In this document: positions 30,387 to 40,004 of the stretch, in pieces
Numbering within the stretch: the first letter of the stretch is position 1
Layout: the number at the start of each line of letters is the position of its first letter
From: a virus
Taxonomy: Duplodnaviria > Caudoviricetes
Length of the DNA stretch: 64,000 nt
Reading direction: 5' to 3' (one strand)
IMG/VR virus record: IMGVR_UViG_2974511964_000001
Coordinates: 64,001-128,000 of that record
The notes under the pieces: model-generated
Databases searched by the model: none
What the model saw: the letters and a program-made list of their open reading frames with translations, nothing else
Told to the model about the DNA's origin: nothing
Position numbers and translations under genes: made by a program

Positions 30387-31471
30387 ATAATTTAATTATT
30401 AATGCTGATAACATGGAAAACTCAACAGTTGAGAATAATGAAGTTAGCACCCAAGTAGACAGCTTAGAATTAACTGATGACAGTATTGCTAAGTTTGGCT
30501 TAGATGTCCAACGTGGCGTTGGTGAATTAACTAGTGAAATCACCCAAAGTACCAAGAATAAGAATGCGGGGGAAACTGGTGAAGCAATTACCGCCTTAAT
30601 GAAAATTATTCGTGAAAACGGCAAAGAGGAAGACCAGGGTGGTAACATTATTACCCGTTTGTTCCGCAAAGGTAAGAACTCTGTATATAATATCCAAGCT
30701 AAGAATCAAGCGGTAGACAAATCTATTGATACTATTTCTACCAAACTATCAGATTCCCAGACTGAGCTGAGCCATGACAATGAAACACTAGACAAGATGT
30801 ATGAGCAGAACAAGCAACAGTTTCAAGCCTTAAATGAACTAGTTGATATTGCTCAGGCCAAATTAAATGAGCTAGAATCGTCTATTATTCCAGAGTTAGA
30901 TAACTACATTAAAACGACTAAGGATAGCGAGGATAAAATTAATGAGGCCACAATTAAGCTTAATGAATACCAGAATATGCAGTCAGCTTTGAGCCGTAAA
31001 CTTAATAATCTAATTGCTTCTCGCCAACTAGCGTTATTACGAGCGCCTAAGCTAAAGACTTTAAAGCAAACTAACTTAACAGTCATTGATAACTTACAGA
31101 GCTCAATTAACTTTGCAATTCCACTGTGGAAACAGCAAGCAGCAGATGCTATCCTATCTAGTCGTCAACAGCAGGCTATTGAGGTTCAGAAGTTCATGAC
31201 TGAGCAGACTAATAAGATGATTGTATCTGGGGCCAATAATGTTCGTAAGGCTACTTTAGAGGCTCAAAAGCAGAGCAATGAATCCTTTGTATCGGCATCT
31301 AAATTAACACAAGCTACTGATATCTTGCGAGATACTCTCGTACAAGTGCAAAGCTTACAAAAGCAAGGAGACTCTTTACGCAAACAGGAAGCTAAGGACT
31401 TGCTACAGTCTGGGGAACACATGAAAAGTGTGGCTTTAGACTTGATGAATAATAATAAACTAATTGAATAA
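30383..31471 (+). CDS. TelA/KlaA toxic-anion-resistance family protein
   Basis: IAKFG..VQ, LSHDNETLDKMYEQN, SSINFAIPLWKQQ; long coiled coils. Confidence 0.85.
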   Translation: MNNLIINADNMENSTVENNEVSTQVDSLELTDDSIAKFGLDVQRGVGELTSEITQSTKNKNAGETGEAITALMKIIRENGKEEDQGGNIITRLFRKGKNSVYNIQAKNQAVDKSIDTISTKLSDSQTELSHDNETLDKMYEQNKQQFQALNELVDIAQAKLNELESSIIPELDNYIKTTKDSEDKINEATIKLNEYQNMQSALSRKLNNLIASRQLALLRAPKLKTLKQTNLTVIDNLQSSINFAIPLWKQQAADAILSSRQQQAIEVQKFMTEQTNKMIVSGANNVRKATLEAQKQSNESFVSASKLTQATDILRDTLVQVQSLQKQGDSLRKQEAKDLLQSGEHMKSVALDLMNNNKLIE

Positions 31472-31476
31472 AATAA

Positions 31477-32803
31477 TTGACAAAGCATACCAAAAATGGT
31501 ATGTTTAATACATATATTAAATTGAAAGGAGGTGAAAGTATGTATAAAGCGTATAAAATTAGAATTTACCCTAATAAACAACAAGAAGCACAAATATTAT
31601 TAACTTTTGGACAGACTAGATTTGTTTGGAATAAAATGTTAGATATGCAATTAGAACGATACAGGAATGGTGGTAAGTTTGTTAACGCTTTTAGTATGGA
31701 CTACCTATTGAAGCCACTGAAAAAAGAATATCCGTGGTTAACGGAGGCGCCTGCGCAAAGTCTACAACAGATATGTAAAGACTTATCAGATGCTTTTAAA
31801 AATCTGTTTGAACATAGGGCAGGCAAACCCAAGTATAAGAGCAAAAAGTACCCAAAGCAGAGTTATAGATGCAACCAAAGGATAATGTTAGTAGATGACC
31901 ACCATATCAAGTTACCTAAACTAGGTTCTGTGTACTATCGCTCTGGTAGAGAAATTAAAGGTAAGATTAAAAGCGTAACTATCCGTAAATCTGCTACCAA
32001 TAAATATTATGTTAGTGTCCTAACTGAAATAGAGATAAAACCTCTAGCGAAAATCAAGCAAGAGGTAGGTATTGATATGGGTGTTGCAGATTTAGTAATC
32101 ACTAGTGATGGTAATAAATATAAAACAGTTAGATTTGACAAATTATTAGCTGATAAAAAACACTACTGGGAAGTACGATTGGCTCGTAGAAGGGCTTTAG
32201 CTAAGAAAGAAATAGCTTGGGATAAACACAATAATGTGCTGGAACCGAGAGAGTTATCAGATTTTAGTAACTATATGAAAGCCAAGCTTATGGTAGCTAA
32301 GTATTCTGAGAAGATAGCTAACCAAAGAAAAGACTATCTTCATAAGATTAGTACCGAGCTAGTAAACCAGTATGATGTTATCAAGATTGAAGATTTGAAA
32401 GCTGGTAATATGATGCGGAATCATAAGCTTGCTAGAACAATTGTTAATCAATCATGGAGAGAGCTACGTTTAATGTTAGAATACAAATGTGAATGGTATG
32501 GTAAAGAGCTAGTAATTGTTAATCCATATAAGACCAGTCAAATCTGTTCTGACTGTGGCTATGATGACGGAAAGCATACTCTAGACGTTAGAGAATGGAT
32601 TTGTCCTAATTGTGGTGCTAAGCATGATAGAGACATTAATGCTGCTAAGAACATTTTAAAGGAAGAAGCAAAGTAGAAACACAATGTAAGGCTAGGGACT
32701 AGCCGTGGTAAGATAGTTATGACCTCTGTATATTGCTAGCTTAGGATATATAAGTTGTGATGTTCCCAGAAACTTCTTAAATTTAAAAGGAGAAATAGTC
32801 CAC
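31477..32803 (+). mobile_element. IS200/IS605-family tnpB-only element, copy 2
   Basis: Same architecture and flanks as copy 1. Confidence 0.8.
31540..32676 (+). CDS. tnpB: TnpB RNA-guided nuclease
   Basis: RuvC GIDMG/IEDL/HDRDINAA intact; zinc finger; close paralog of copy 1. Confidence 0.95.
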   Translation: MYKAYKIRIYPNKQQEAQILLTFGQTRFVWNKMLDMQLERYRNGGKFVNAFSMDYLLKPLKKEYPWLTEAPAQSLQQICKDLSDAFKNLFEHRAGKPKYKSKKYPKQSYRCNQRIMLVDDHHIKLPKLGSVYYRSGREIKGKIKSVTIRKSATNKYYVSVLTEIEIKPLAKIKQEVGIDMGVADLVITSDGNKYKTVRFDKLLADKKHYWEVRLARRRALAKKEIAWDKHNNVLEPRELSDFSNYMKAKLMVAKYSEKIANQRKDYLHKISTELVNQYDVIKIEDLKAGNMMRNHKLARTIVNQSWRELRLMLEYKCEWYGKELVIVNPYKTSQICSDCGYDDGKHTLDVREWICPNCGAKHDRDINAAKNILKEEAK

Positions 32804-32823
32804 CAATGTGGTATCCTTTTACC
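32677..32823 (+). ncRNA. TnpB omega/reRNA scaffold plus guide (guide ~32804-32823)
   Basis: Conserved scaffold; terminal hairpin CTTCTT/AAGGAG; ends ATAGTCCAC. Confidence 0.7.
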
Positions 32824-32838
32824 GTGGGGGTGAAGATA

Positions 32839-33312
32839 ATGAATGATGAACCATTAGTTAGAATTGGCGGTAGCCAATCAGACTGGAAGAAGTGGCTAAC
32901 TAAGTCCAAGGGGTTCTATCTGCAAGGGTTTACCACTAAAATTAACCAAGCCACTGACTTAGATGTCAAACAGTCTCCCTTGTACCTTACTCAATTAATC
33001 AGTAGATATCATGACCTAGACCAGAAATTAATTGGCCTTTATCGCTCAGGAGTGGATTCAAGTGTCACTTCGGTTACGTATAATTACTGGGTTGGTATGG
33101 GTAAGATTGTTATAGGCAAAGCTACAGTGCTGATTCAATCACTCAATAATGTTAATACTATTAGTTTCACCTATCAATATCGAGTAACAGCATCCGAGTA
33201 TCGGGCCAAAAACACTAACATTAAGTCCAGACATGCTGGTGGTAATAGTTTGAATGGGCAACGCAAGACTATTGCTAGGTGGCGGGACTATGACAAAGAG
33301 CGCCACAACTAA
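32839..33312 (+). CDS. Conserved hypothetical protein
   Basis: ORF; basic C-terminus with GGN. Confidence 0.7.
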   Translation: MNDEPLVRIGGSQSDWKKWLTKSKGFYLQGFTTKINQATDLDVKQSPLYLTQLISRYHDLDQKLIGLYRSGVDSSVTSVTYNYWVGMGKIVIGKATVLIQSLNNVNTISFTYQYRVTASEYRAKNTNIKSRHAGGNSLNGQRKTIARWRDYDKERHN

Positions 33313-33362
33313 CGTTATATTATTAGAAGAAGAAAACATTACAAGAAAGTAGGAATTTCATC

Positions 33363-33749
33363 ATGGGATATATTCGTAAAGAAGCAGTTGAAAAGGTTCT
33401 TAAGGCACACTCTAATGATAAGGGATTTATGAACTTGTTAGAACTTGTTAGAAAAGGTAAAAATACTAACACGTTACCTCACCCAAGATTCTCTGTTAGA
33501 GACTTAAATAAGGAAATTGTTGACCTAGTAGTAGAATTTGCACAAGACGGTAAATCACTTAATGTATACGAAGAAAGTCGAGGGTCACGTAGTTTCATTT
33601 ACCAGTTTCCCATTGAGGGAATTATTTCCAACAAGACGACAACAGCTACAACAACGACTAAAAAAGTGGTATCAACAACTACTACAACCAAGAAAGTAGT
33701 ACGTAAACGCCGTACAACCACTAAGACAACCACTAAGTCACCTAAATAA
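33363..33749 (+). CDS. Hypothetical protein with Thr/Lys-rich tail
   Basis: TTTATTTTKKVVSTTTTTKKVVRKRRTTT. Confidence 0.75.
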   Translation: MGYIRKEAVEKVLKAHSNDKGFMNLLELVRKGKNTNTLPHPRFSVRDLNKEIVDLVVEFAQDGKSLNVYEESRGSRSFIYQFPIEGIISNKTTTATTTTKKVVSTTTTTKKVVRKRRTTTKTTTKSPK

Positions 33750-33758
33750 TAAACTATA

Positions 33759-33785
33759 AAGCAATCCTATATAAGGGTTGCTTTT
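33759..33785 (+). terminator. Intrinsic terminator
   Basis: AAGCAATCC/GGGTTGCTT followed by TT. Confidence 0.75.
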
Positions 33786-33828
33786 ACTTTATACATGTGT
33801 TAAAATGGTAATAACAAATTAATTAGGA

Positions 33829-34227
33829 GTGATACTATTGAAACAAGAAGAAGCGGAGAAGTTAGACAAGGAAGGAAAGTCAATTGTATATTCTAAGCAT
33901 CTTAGTGAAGACCAATTGGCTAGTCTCAGCCAAGAGTTCCAATTAGCAGAGTTAGAAGAGGTAGCAATTTTCTCTGTGTTATCAGATGATGCCAAGAAGT
34001 TCTTATTAAAACTAGAACCAGCAACAGGGGTTATCGCTAACTCAATTGTGCTACAGGCTGAGGGGAAAGCTCCAAAAGAAATGATTAACATGGAAAATCC
34101 TTTACTAGCCAAGTTAGCTAAGGAGTATAATAACCGAGTTAAAAAGGATAAGTCTAATGCAACCGACTTGCTTAATGAACTTGCAGACCGATATGTAGAC
34201 GAGTTATATCCAGATAGTGATGAATAA
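33829..34227 (+). CDS. Hypothetical protein
   Basis: ORF with AGGAG; probable TTG start at 33838. Confidence 0.7.
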   Translation: MILLKQEEAEKLDKEGKSIVYSKHLSEDQLASLSQEFQLAELEEVAIFSVLSDDAKKFLLKLEPATGVIANSIVLQAEGKAPKEMINMENPLLAKLAKEYNNRVKKDKSNATDLLNELADRYVDELYPDSDE

Positions 34228-34516
34228 TTAGTCTGTTTTTGATAGGTAAAACATAACAGTTTTGTGCATATTTTTAGATATAATATTGTAATATTCACTT
34301 TAGGAATAACAGAACGCCTACAATTGTTCATTATATTAATTGTGTAGCCCCAAGGAAACAACTTATAAAATTGATTATACCAAGGGTTACATTAATATTC
34401 ACAATTGTTAGCCTAATAAGGGATAACTATTCAAAAAAGACATGAATATTATGGATATTGAACAAAACTTTTACTGGTTATCTATTAAAAATTTATATTG
34501 ATTGGAGTTTTAAAAC

Positions 34517-35242
34517 ATGGCAAAACGCAACAGCTTACTGGATTTGTATGAGAATCACCTTCTATTTACAAAGGTATATTCTTTATTGCAAGAGCATAAG
34601 CCATATGACTATATACTAAAGTTTTTAGATTCAGAAGGGTTCAAGTTATCTAAAGGCAGTTTATCTAAGTTAAAAGCTAAGATTACCGAAGCTGAGGAAA
34701 CGGGCGTACCTATTGATGACCTGTTAGACAAACGCCGTAAAACGAGTATTGATGATATTGATTCGGACAAGGTAGAGGGGTTTGTTGGCAACCCTAACAC
34801 GGATAATCCTAGGAGCACTCGCAAGGCCAATAACCTACCTAAGGAAACTTATGACATCCCAGAAGAAGCAGTCCCAGTAGAACATGTGCATTCTAGTAGA
34901 CAAGTCCTAGAAATGATAATGGATAAAGGATTTGCAACAGCACAGGCTACACGAGTAATCGACATGCCAACGCTATTAAAAGCAGTTGAGTTGTATAATA
35001 AATGGTATTTCCAAGAGTCAAAAGGATTAACAGCAGAATCGTTGAAACAGTATCAACTAATCAACTCATCTATAGTATCAGCAATGATTGATGTTATTCC
35101 TAAGTATGTTGAGAAAGATAAACAAGACAAGATGATTGCTGAGATGAATGACAGAGCTGCCAAGATTATTGATAATGCTGGTGCTACCCGAGAAGGTAAA
35201 GAATTACTGAAGCAATTAGAAAAGGAAGGTCTATCACTATGA
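34517..35242 (+). CDS. Conserved Herelleviridae protein, probably DNA-binding
   Basis: HTH-like N-terminus FKLSKGSLSKLK...LLDKRRK. Confidence 0.7.
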   Translation: MAKRNSLLDLYENHLLFTKVYSLLQEHKPYDYILKFLDSEGFKLSKGSLSKLKAKITEAEETGVPIDDLLDKRRKTSIDDIDSDKVEGFVGNPNTDNPRSTRKANNLPKETYDIPEEAVPVEHVHSSRQVLEMIMDKGFATAQATRVIDMPTLLKAVELYNKWYFQESKGLTAESLKQYQLINSSIVSAMIDVIPKYVEKDKQDKMIAEMNDRAAKIIDNAGATREGKELLKQLEKEGLSL

Positions 35243-35883
35243 TTGATAAAGAAACAGTTATTCCTAGTATTGATGTTGATAACCTAGAACAACCCAAGGT
35301 ATATAAGAATGCCCAATTTAGTATTGCATATGCTACTAAGTATGGTGAGATTAAATTTTGGATTAATGACAACTTTATGGTAGCAAACTATCGTGGTAAG
35401 GATTATGTTATTAGCCTACCTGTTGCAATGTTTAAACAAGCAAAGTTGGTTATTGGAGAAGTTAATCCAGAATTAGTAGGATTTATTACACCTGCTGGTT
35501 TAGGTGCTAAGCGGCTAGAATTTGATAGTAATCGAGCTATTAATCAGTTAACTGATGCTTTAAATAAAACGGATAATGTCGAACTACAGACTTCTGGAGT
35601 TGTCCAACGAGTTAGTCAGTTTATTAATTCTGGCGATTTTACAGTTGACGACAAAGCAGACTTTGATGACATTACCGAAGCTGCTGGAGACTTAGCTTTA
35701 AACACTGACGAAGCAAAAGAAGAACTGGCTAACATTATAGGTGCTAAGGGATTTGGGAAGGTCATTTCACATTCTATTAGTGACTTGGTTATGCTATTAC
35801 CACGACTACAACAGGACTTAGAGAAGAGTGGTCTATTCGATGTATTTTTGGATGGTGATAAGGTGTTTAAGGAGGCTGAGTAA
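35239..35883 (+). CDS. Hypothetical protein
   Basis: ATGA overlap in an operon. Confidence 0.75.
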   Translation: MIDKETVIPSIDVDNLEQPKVYKNAQFSIAYATKYGEIKFWINDNFMVANYRGKDYVISLPVAMFKQAKLVIGEVNPELVGFITPAGLGAKRLEFDSNRAINQLTDALNKTDNVELQTSGVVQRVSQFINSGDFTVDDKADFDDITEAAGDLALNTDEAKEELANIIGAKGFGKVISHSISDLVMLLPRLQQDLEKSGLFDVFLDGDKVFKEAE

Positions 35884-36194
35884 TGTTGGGATTATATATT
35901 ATTTTAGGTGGTTTGTGTTTAGGACTATTTATCTACTTGATTCTATATGCTCGGATGGCTAATTTGGAAGTACAATTATATGCTGACGTTGATGCTTTCC
36001 TATCAGACTGGGTAAAAGCACAAGCAGAAGTTAATCAAGTTATTAGTTCAGATTTAGATGATATCCGCGAACGAGTTAAAAATGACAATAAATTGTTATC
36101 AAAACTTGACGATATTGAGAAGAATATCAACTTAAAAACTCAAATTATTGAAGATTACAAGGAAAATGATAAAAAGGAATCTCCCACAGAATAG
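35883..36194 (+). CDS. Membrane-anchored coiled-coil protein
   Basis: N-terminal TM helix; SD AAGGAGG. Confidence 0.75.
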   Translation: MLGLYIILGGLCLGLFIYLILYARMANLEVQLYADVDAFLSDWVKAQAEVNQVISSDLDDIRERVKNDNKLLSKLDDIEKNINLKTQIIEDYKENDKKESPTE

Positions 36195-36483
36195 TAAGTT
36201 TATATTACTCTTTAGAGGGTGGGTGCTGATGAAATTATTGTGGATGGGAGTATTGCTAGTTACAGGGCTATCGTTTTACAACCCTGAGTTTATCCTATTG
36301 TTTTCAGTTATCCTATTTATTGATTGGGTAATGGGTAGTCGTAAGGACTTAATAAAACTAGTGAGATGCTTGAAGAACAAGCAACAGCTATTATCATTGA
36401 AAAGAATTAATGCTGACATTGAGAAAGAAATTAATACCTGCTACCTAAATGTCAGTAGAAATAGTAAGGACAAGTCTAAATAG
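36148..36483 (+). CDS. Membrane protein
   Basis: Two TM helices; start uncertain. Confidence 0.6.
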   Translation: MKITRKMIKRNLPQNSKFILLFRGWVLMKLLWMGVLLVTGLSFYNPEFILLFSVILFIDWVMGSRKDLIKLVRCLKNKQQLLSLKRINADIEKEINTCYLNVSRNSKDKSK

Positions 36484-36496
36484 GACTTGTCTTTTT
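36468..36496 (+). terminator. Intrinsic terminator
   Basis: GACAAGTC/GACTTGTC followed by TTTTT. Confidence 0.85.
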
Positions 36497-36538
36497 GTTT
36501 ACCATATGCTATACTAAAGATAAAGGACGTGAATTTTA

Positions 36539-37267
36539 ATGAAATATACACAATACAAGGGCAATAATAGGTGGTTTAAGCACTTACAAGATATCAAGCA
36601 GACTAAGCCTATCAGAGCAAGCATTCAGGGGCTAGAGAGCAATCTAGTGGATACAATCGTTGTTATTGATAAATTACACATGAATAAGGATTCGGCATCA
36701 TGGGATATAGAGTTAAGCAAAGAGGTGTATAAGAACGTTCCGAACCCACTAAAGGAAATTGCTGGTCAAATTGAATTTGATGAAAATACAGATAGCAAGT
36801 TCTTTATGTGGACTACTAATCATAATCGTTTATATGACCTAAGTGAAGTAGGTCCTTATACCTTATTTGAATCAAAAACAGACAGCGGAGTAATTCTAAG
36901 AGTTCTCTTCACTAAAGAAACTAACATGTTGCTGCCTATCAATACCTTGACCTTGAACGAGCATGAGCTTGGCAGAAAAGAAAGAAACACAATTAATCAT
37001 CTTATCCACCATCGGCTGGCTGGTAAACTATGGCGTGCAACTATCGTCACTAATACCACCTCACAGACAACTGAGCTATCCTATAATAATCTCAGTTTAA
37101 ATACTGTATTTGGAGAAGCAATCTCCCTGGGAAATATATACGGAATGGTATCTTACAATGCTAAAGGTAAATATAAAGTATATGTAGAAGATGATAGCGC
37201 TACTATCCAAATCGTTCAGCCATATCATACTGTTATTCTAATTAAGTTTCTACCACTAAGATTATAA
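36539..37267 (+). CDS. Hypothetical protein
   Basis: ORF with SD AAAGGA. Confidence 0.75.
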   Translation: MKYTQYKGNNRWFKHLQDIKQTKPIRASIQGLESNLVDTIVVIDKLHMNKDSASWDIELSKEVYKNVPNPLKEIAGQIEFDENTDSKFFMWTTNHNRLYDLSEVGPYTLFESKTDSGVILRVLFTKETNMLLPINTLTLNEHELGRKERNTINHLIHHRLAGKLWRATIVTNTTSQTTELSYNNLSLNTVFGEAISLGNIYGMVSYNAKGKYKVYVEDDSATIQIVQPYHTVILIKFLPLRL

Positions 37268-37278
37268 CAATAATATCA

Positions 37279-37305
37279 ATGACTGTCTAATAGGCGGTCA
37301 TTTTT
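37279..37305 (+). terminator. Intrinsic terminator
   Basis: ATGACTGTC/GGCGGTCAT followed by a T-run. Confidence 0.85.
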
Positions 37306-37382
37306 ATTATGCCTAAAAGGAGGTGGGTATAATACTAACCCCCACTAGGTTATTTTAAGAACTATAATACTTAGTTGTAAAC

Positions 37383-37562
37383 TGTCCCGATTTATTAGTA
37401 ATTTTTTCAAAAAGTTTCCCCGAAAATTTTACCCCCACCTCAGTATCTGAAATTTGCAAATAATAAGTATAATCCTGTCCGGATTTATGAGTAATTTTTT
37501 CAAAAAGTTTCTTTTAAAAAATTTATGGGCGTGCTGGTGGGTGAGCAATGGGCGTGCTAGTG
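37383..37562. repeat. Direct repeats at the left edge of the early block
   Basis: 36-mer at 37383 and 37476 (2 mismatches); ATGGGCGTGCT at 37525 and 37548. Confidence 0.85.
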
Positions 37563-37706
37563 TTGTGCTTGATTGAGATACAAATACAGTTTTAACACCT
37601 TATATAGTAGGAAAAATAATTGAAACGATTTTAATAAAAAGTGTTGACACTAACAACGCCTAGCTATATACTATAGTCATTCAAGTAAAGGAGAGGGCGC
37701 TACATT

Positions 37707-37904
37707 ATGAACGATAGAGAACCAGCACCAAGCAAAAAGCATAAGTTACCTAAATGGATAAAGTTACTATTATGGATTGCAGCCTTTTACATTCTATGGA
37801 ATGCAGGCAAGATGATAGTTGTTTACATTCTATGGTACCCGGGACGAATGCTATTAATGATAGGGTTAGCGTTATTATTAAGTGGACTATTCAACAGACA
37901 CTAG
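37707..37904 (+). CDS. Small membrane protein
   Basis: Own promoter, SD AAGGAG, hydrophobic. Confidence 0.7.
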   Translation: MNDREPAPSKKHKLPKWIKLLLWIAAFYILWNAGKMIVVYILWYPGRMLLMIGLALLLSGLFNRH

Positions 37905-37980
37905 AAAATATCGAAATAGGTATTGACATGATATGTAATTGATGATATTATAAAATAAAAAAGTAAAGGGGTCTTACATT

Positions 37981-38151
37981 ATGTTATTCTTAATCAAAAT
38001 GTTTATTATCGGAGCAATTATTGGGAGTGTCGCGGGAGTTATTGAAGGGCTGATTAATGCTAATGTAAAAAATGATGAGACAGCTAAAACGTTAAACCGA
38101 TATGTTACTGCAATAACTTGGCTTGTGTACATTTATGTATGTATCTTTTAA
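37981..38151 (+). CDS. Small membrane protein (56 aa, not in ORF track)
   Basis: Promoter at 37923, TACATT-ATG leader, MLFLIKMFIIGAIIG. Confidence 0.65.
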   Translation: MLFLIKMFIIGAIIGSVAGVIEGLINANVKNDETAKTLNRYVTAITWLVYIYVCIF

Positions 38152-38160
38152 GGAGGTATA

Positions 38161-38460
38161 ATGATGATTATCAATAAAAACAATGTCAGTAGTTTTAAGT
38201 TTCAACCCTATGACAACCGAACATATAACCGGCCTAACATTCTATACCGGCAAGCCACCGAGTTATATAACAGGGGCTTACAGTACGTTTTGAGGGGCTA
38301 TAAACCTCTTAATGATAACGGGGTTATAATTGCTTGCAATCCTACACCGGAACAAGTAGTGAACTACGTTGATACTACTAATTATAGTAGCTACTGGCTA
38401 GAGATTGCACGGCCATTAGGTGGGAAAATTAAGGTTAAAAAAGTTTCATTATATGGTTGA
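38161..38460 (+). CDS. Hypothetical early protein
   Basis: SD AAGGAGGT. Confidence 0.75.
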   Translation: MMIINKNNVSSFKFQPYDNRTYNRPNILYRQATELYNRGLQYVLRGYKPLNDNGVIIACNPTPEQVVNYVDTTNYSSYWLEIARPLGGKIKVKKVSLYG

Positions 38461-38519
38461 CTATAAAATAGTATAATGCTATGCTATACACGTGAGATAG
38501 TCAAGAAACAAAATACTAT

Positions 38520-38535
38520 TGTTTCACGTGAAACA
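38520..38535. promoter_or_regulatory. parS: parS site (ParB/Spo0J binding)
   Basis: TGTTTCACGTGAAACA, a perfect match to the consensus TGTTNCACGTGAAACA. Confidence 0.85.
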
Positions 38536-38556
38536 ACTGAAAGGAAGTAATACATT

Positions 38557-38964
38557 GTGAAATTCAAAGAGTTTATGAACCATGGTAAAACTGAAAACGA
38601 GATTAAGCAAGATATTTACAAGTATGGTAAGCAACTAGACACAATTGGAAAGCCGGCGAACAGCCATATGCAACTTTACAAGGTACAGCAGTACGACAGC
38701 GGACGCCGGGCAGTTAACCTTGGCACTTATGACATGTATTTTCAGAACATTGCAGAACTAAATTTATATCGCAAACCCTTGGTCAAGTTAGTGAGTGATG
38801 GAATTGACTATGTGTTATATTTTCAGATTATTCAGCAGGCTATTTTAATGGATAACAAGCGAAATGTAAAACTAGTAACAAAACCATCATTCTCGGACTT
38901 TTTGGGGGCTGATGATGATTTAACAAATTTATTTCAAAATACGCTTGACAAGTTGCGAGAATAA
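38557..38964 (+). CDS. Hypothetical early protein
   Basis: SD GAAAGGA, TACATT-GTG. Confidence 0.75.
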   Translation: MKFKEFMNHGKTENEIKQDIYKYGKQLDTIGKPANSHMQLYKVQQYDSGRRAVNLGTYDMYFQNIAELNLYRKPLVKLVSDGIDYVLYFQIIQQAILMDNKRNVKLVTKPSFSDFLGADDDLTNLFQNTLDKLRE

Positions 38965-39004
38965 CCGTATGCTATAGTTATTCAAGTAAAGGAGGTTATA
39001 GAAT

Positions 39005-39082
39005 ATGGCTACATTAAAACTAGTATTTATTATTGTAATTGCTATCTATGCTTACAAAAAGTATAAAGACAATCAGAAATAA
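39005..39082 (+). CDS. 25-aa membrane peptide (not in ORF track)
   Basis: Promoter at 38945, SD AAAGGAGG, MATLKLVFIIVIAIYAYKKYKDNQK. Confidence 0.6.
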   Translation: MATLKLVFIIVIAIYAYKKYKDNQK

Positions 39083-39159
39083 AGTTTTAAAAAGTTCTTG
39101 ACAGGTTATCAATTAAGATATATAATTAAGACATTAAATAAGAAAAGAGATAATACATT

Positions 39160-39435
39160 ATGAAAATTTTAGACACATTCGAATTACAACCACAATTAGA
39201 CCATGCACAATCATTCTACCGCAAGGCGTTCACTTTGCATAATAATGATGAAACAATTGACTTAAAATCTTATGATACTATTGTTGCAAAATGGAGCATG
39301 GGCGAAGTTATTGTTAACGGGACTTATTCGGCCACTACGTTGCGTCACATTAAGGAATTTATTTATCAGACTACTGGCGTTAGTGGTTTGACTAAAAAGG
39401 ATATTGAAACGGATTATTACTTGCCATATAATTAA
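39160..39435 (+). CDS. Conserved phage hypothetical protein
   Basis: SFYRKA...LKSYDTIVA...YSATTLRHIKEF. Confidence 0.75.
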   Translation: MKILDTFELQPQLDHAQSFYRKAFTLHNNDETIDLKSYDTIVAKWSMGEVIVNGTYSATTLRHIKEFIYQTTGVSGLTKKDIETDYYLPYN

Positions 39436-39508
39436 TTAAAAAGCTGTTGACACTCTGCAATAGATATGATAAGCTAACTATAACAAATTAAGAAAGAGGT
39501 TTTATATT

Positions 39509-39757
39509 ATGAAATTAGGAACAGCGATTGAACTTTTACAAGATGATACTTTTGACATGCAGGAAGCCTTTTACTCGGACCTAGCTGGTGATGTATATGC
39601 TGAATACACGCTTAGGGTAACTGATGCAGAAACCCTTTTGACCGAGCTAGAACTTGACTTGTCTGGTATTGATGACTATGACGCGTTACACGATGCGGTT
39701 GAGGACGAACTTGCTAATAGTTTTGATGGTGGCGTTGATGGTGTAGAAACAGTATAG
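39509..39757 (+). CDS. Very acidic small early protein
   Basis: About 23 D/E versus 2 K/R in 82 aa; own promoter. Confidence 0.75.
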   Translation: MKLGTAIELLQDDTFDMQEAFYSDLAGDVYAEYTLRVTDAETLLTELELDLSGIDDYDALHDAVEDELANSFDGGVDGVETV

Positions 39758-39767
39758 GGCGCAACGG

Positions 39768-39792
39768 ACTAGCTTAATAGGCTAGTTTTTTT
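39768..39792 (+). terminator. Intrinsic terminator
   Basis: ACTAGC/GCTAGT followed by a T-run. Confidence 0.8.
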
Positions 39793-40004
39793 ATTAAACT
39801 GATTGACATTCGTACAAGTCTATGCTTTCGGTTCTAGCTGTGATTGTGGCTAATTATACCGGACTAGTTTAAAATGGCTTAAAACGGCTTATATAACCTT
39901 GTAGGCATATGGTATAAAAATACAATTATTTAAAAATAAGGGTTGACAGCTTAGACTATTAAATGATATATTTTAATCATTGATAAGCAAGGAACAAGCA
40001 ATAA

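Noticed and set aside
25945-32676. TnpB as nuclease-dead TldR repressors or as IStrons
   Set aside because: All three RuvC acidic residues are present, and no group I intron core flanks either copy.
33819-34361. 180-aa minus-strand ORF and other short antisense ORFs in the track
   Set aside because: They overlap better-supported genes on the locally coding strand and lack an RBS.
38482-38497. Third parS-like site (CACGTGA core)
   Set aside because: Too many mismatches to the consensus arms.
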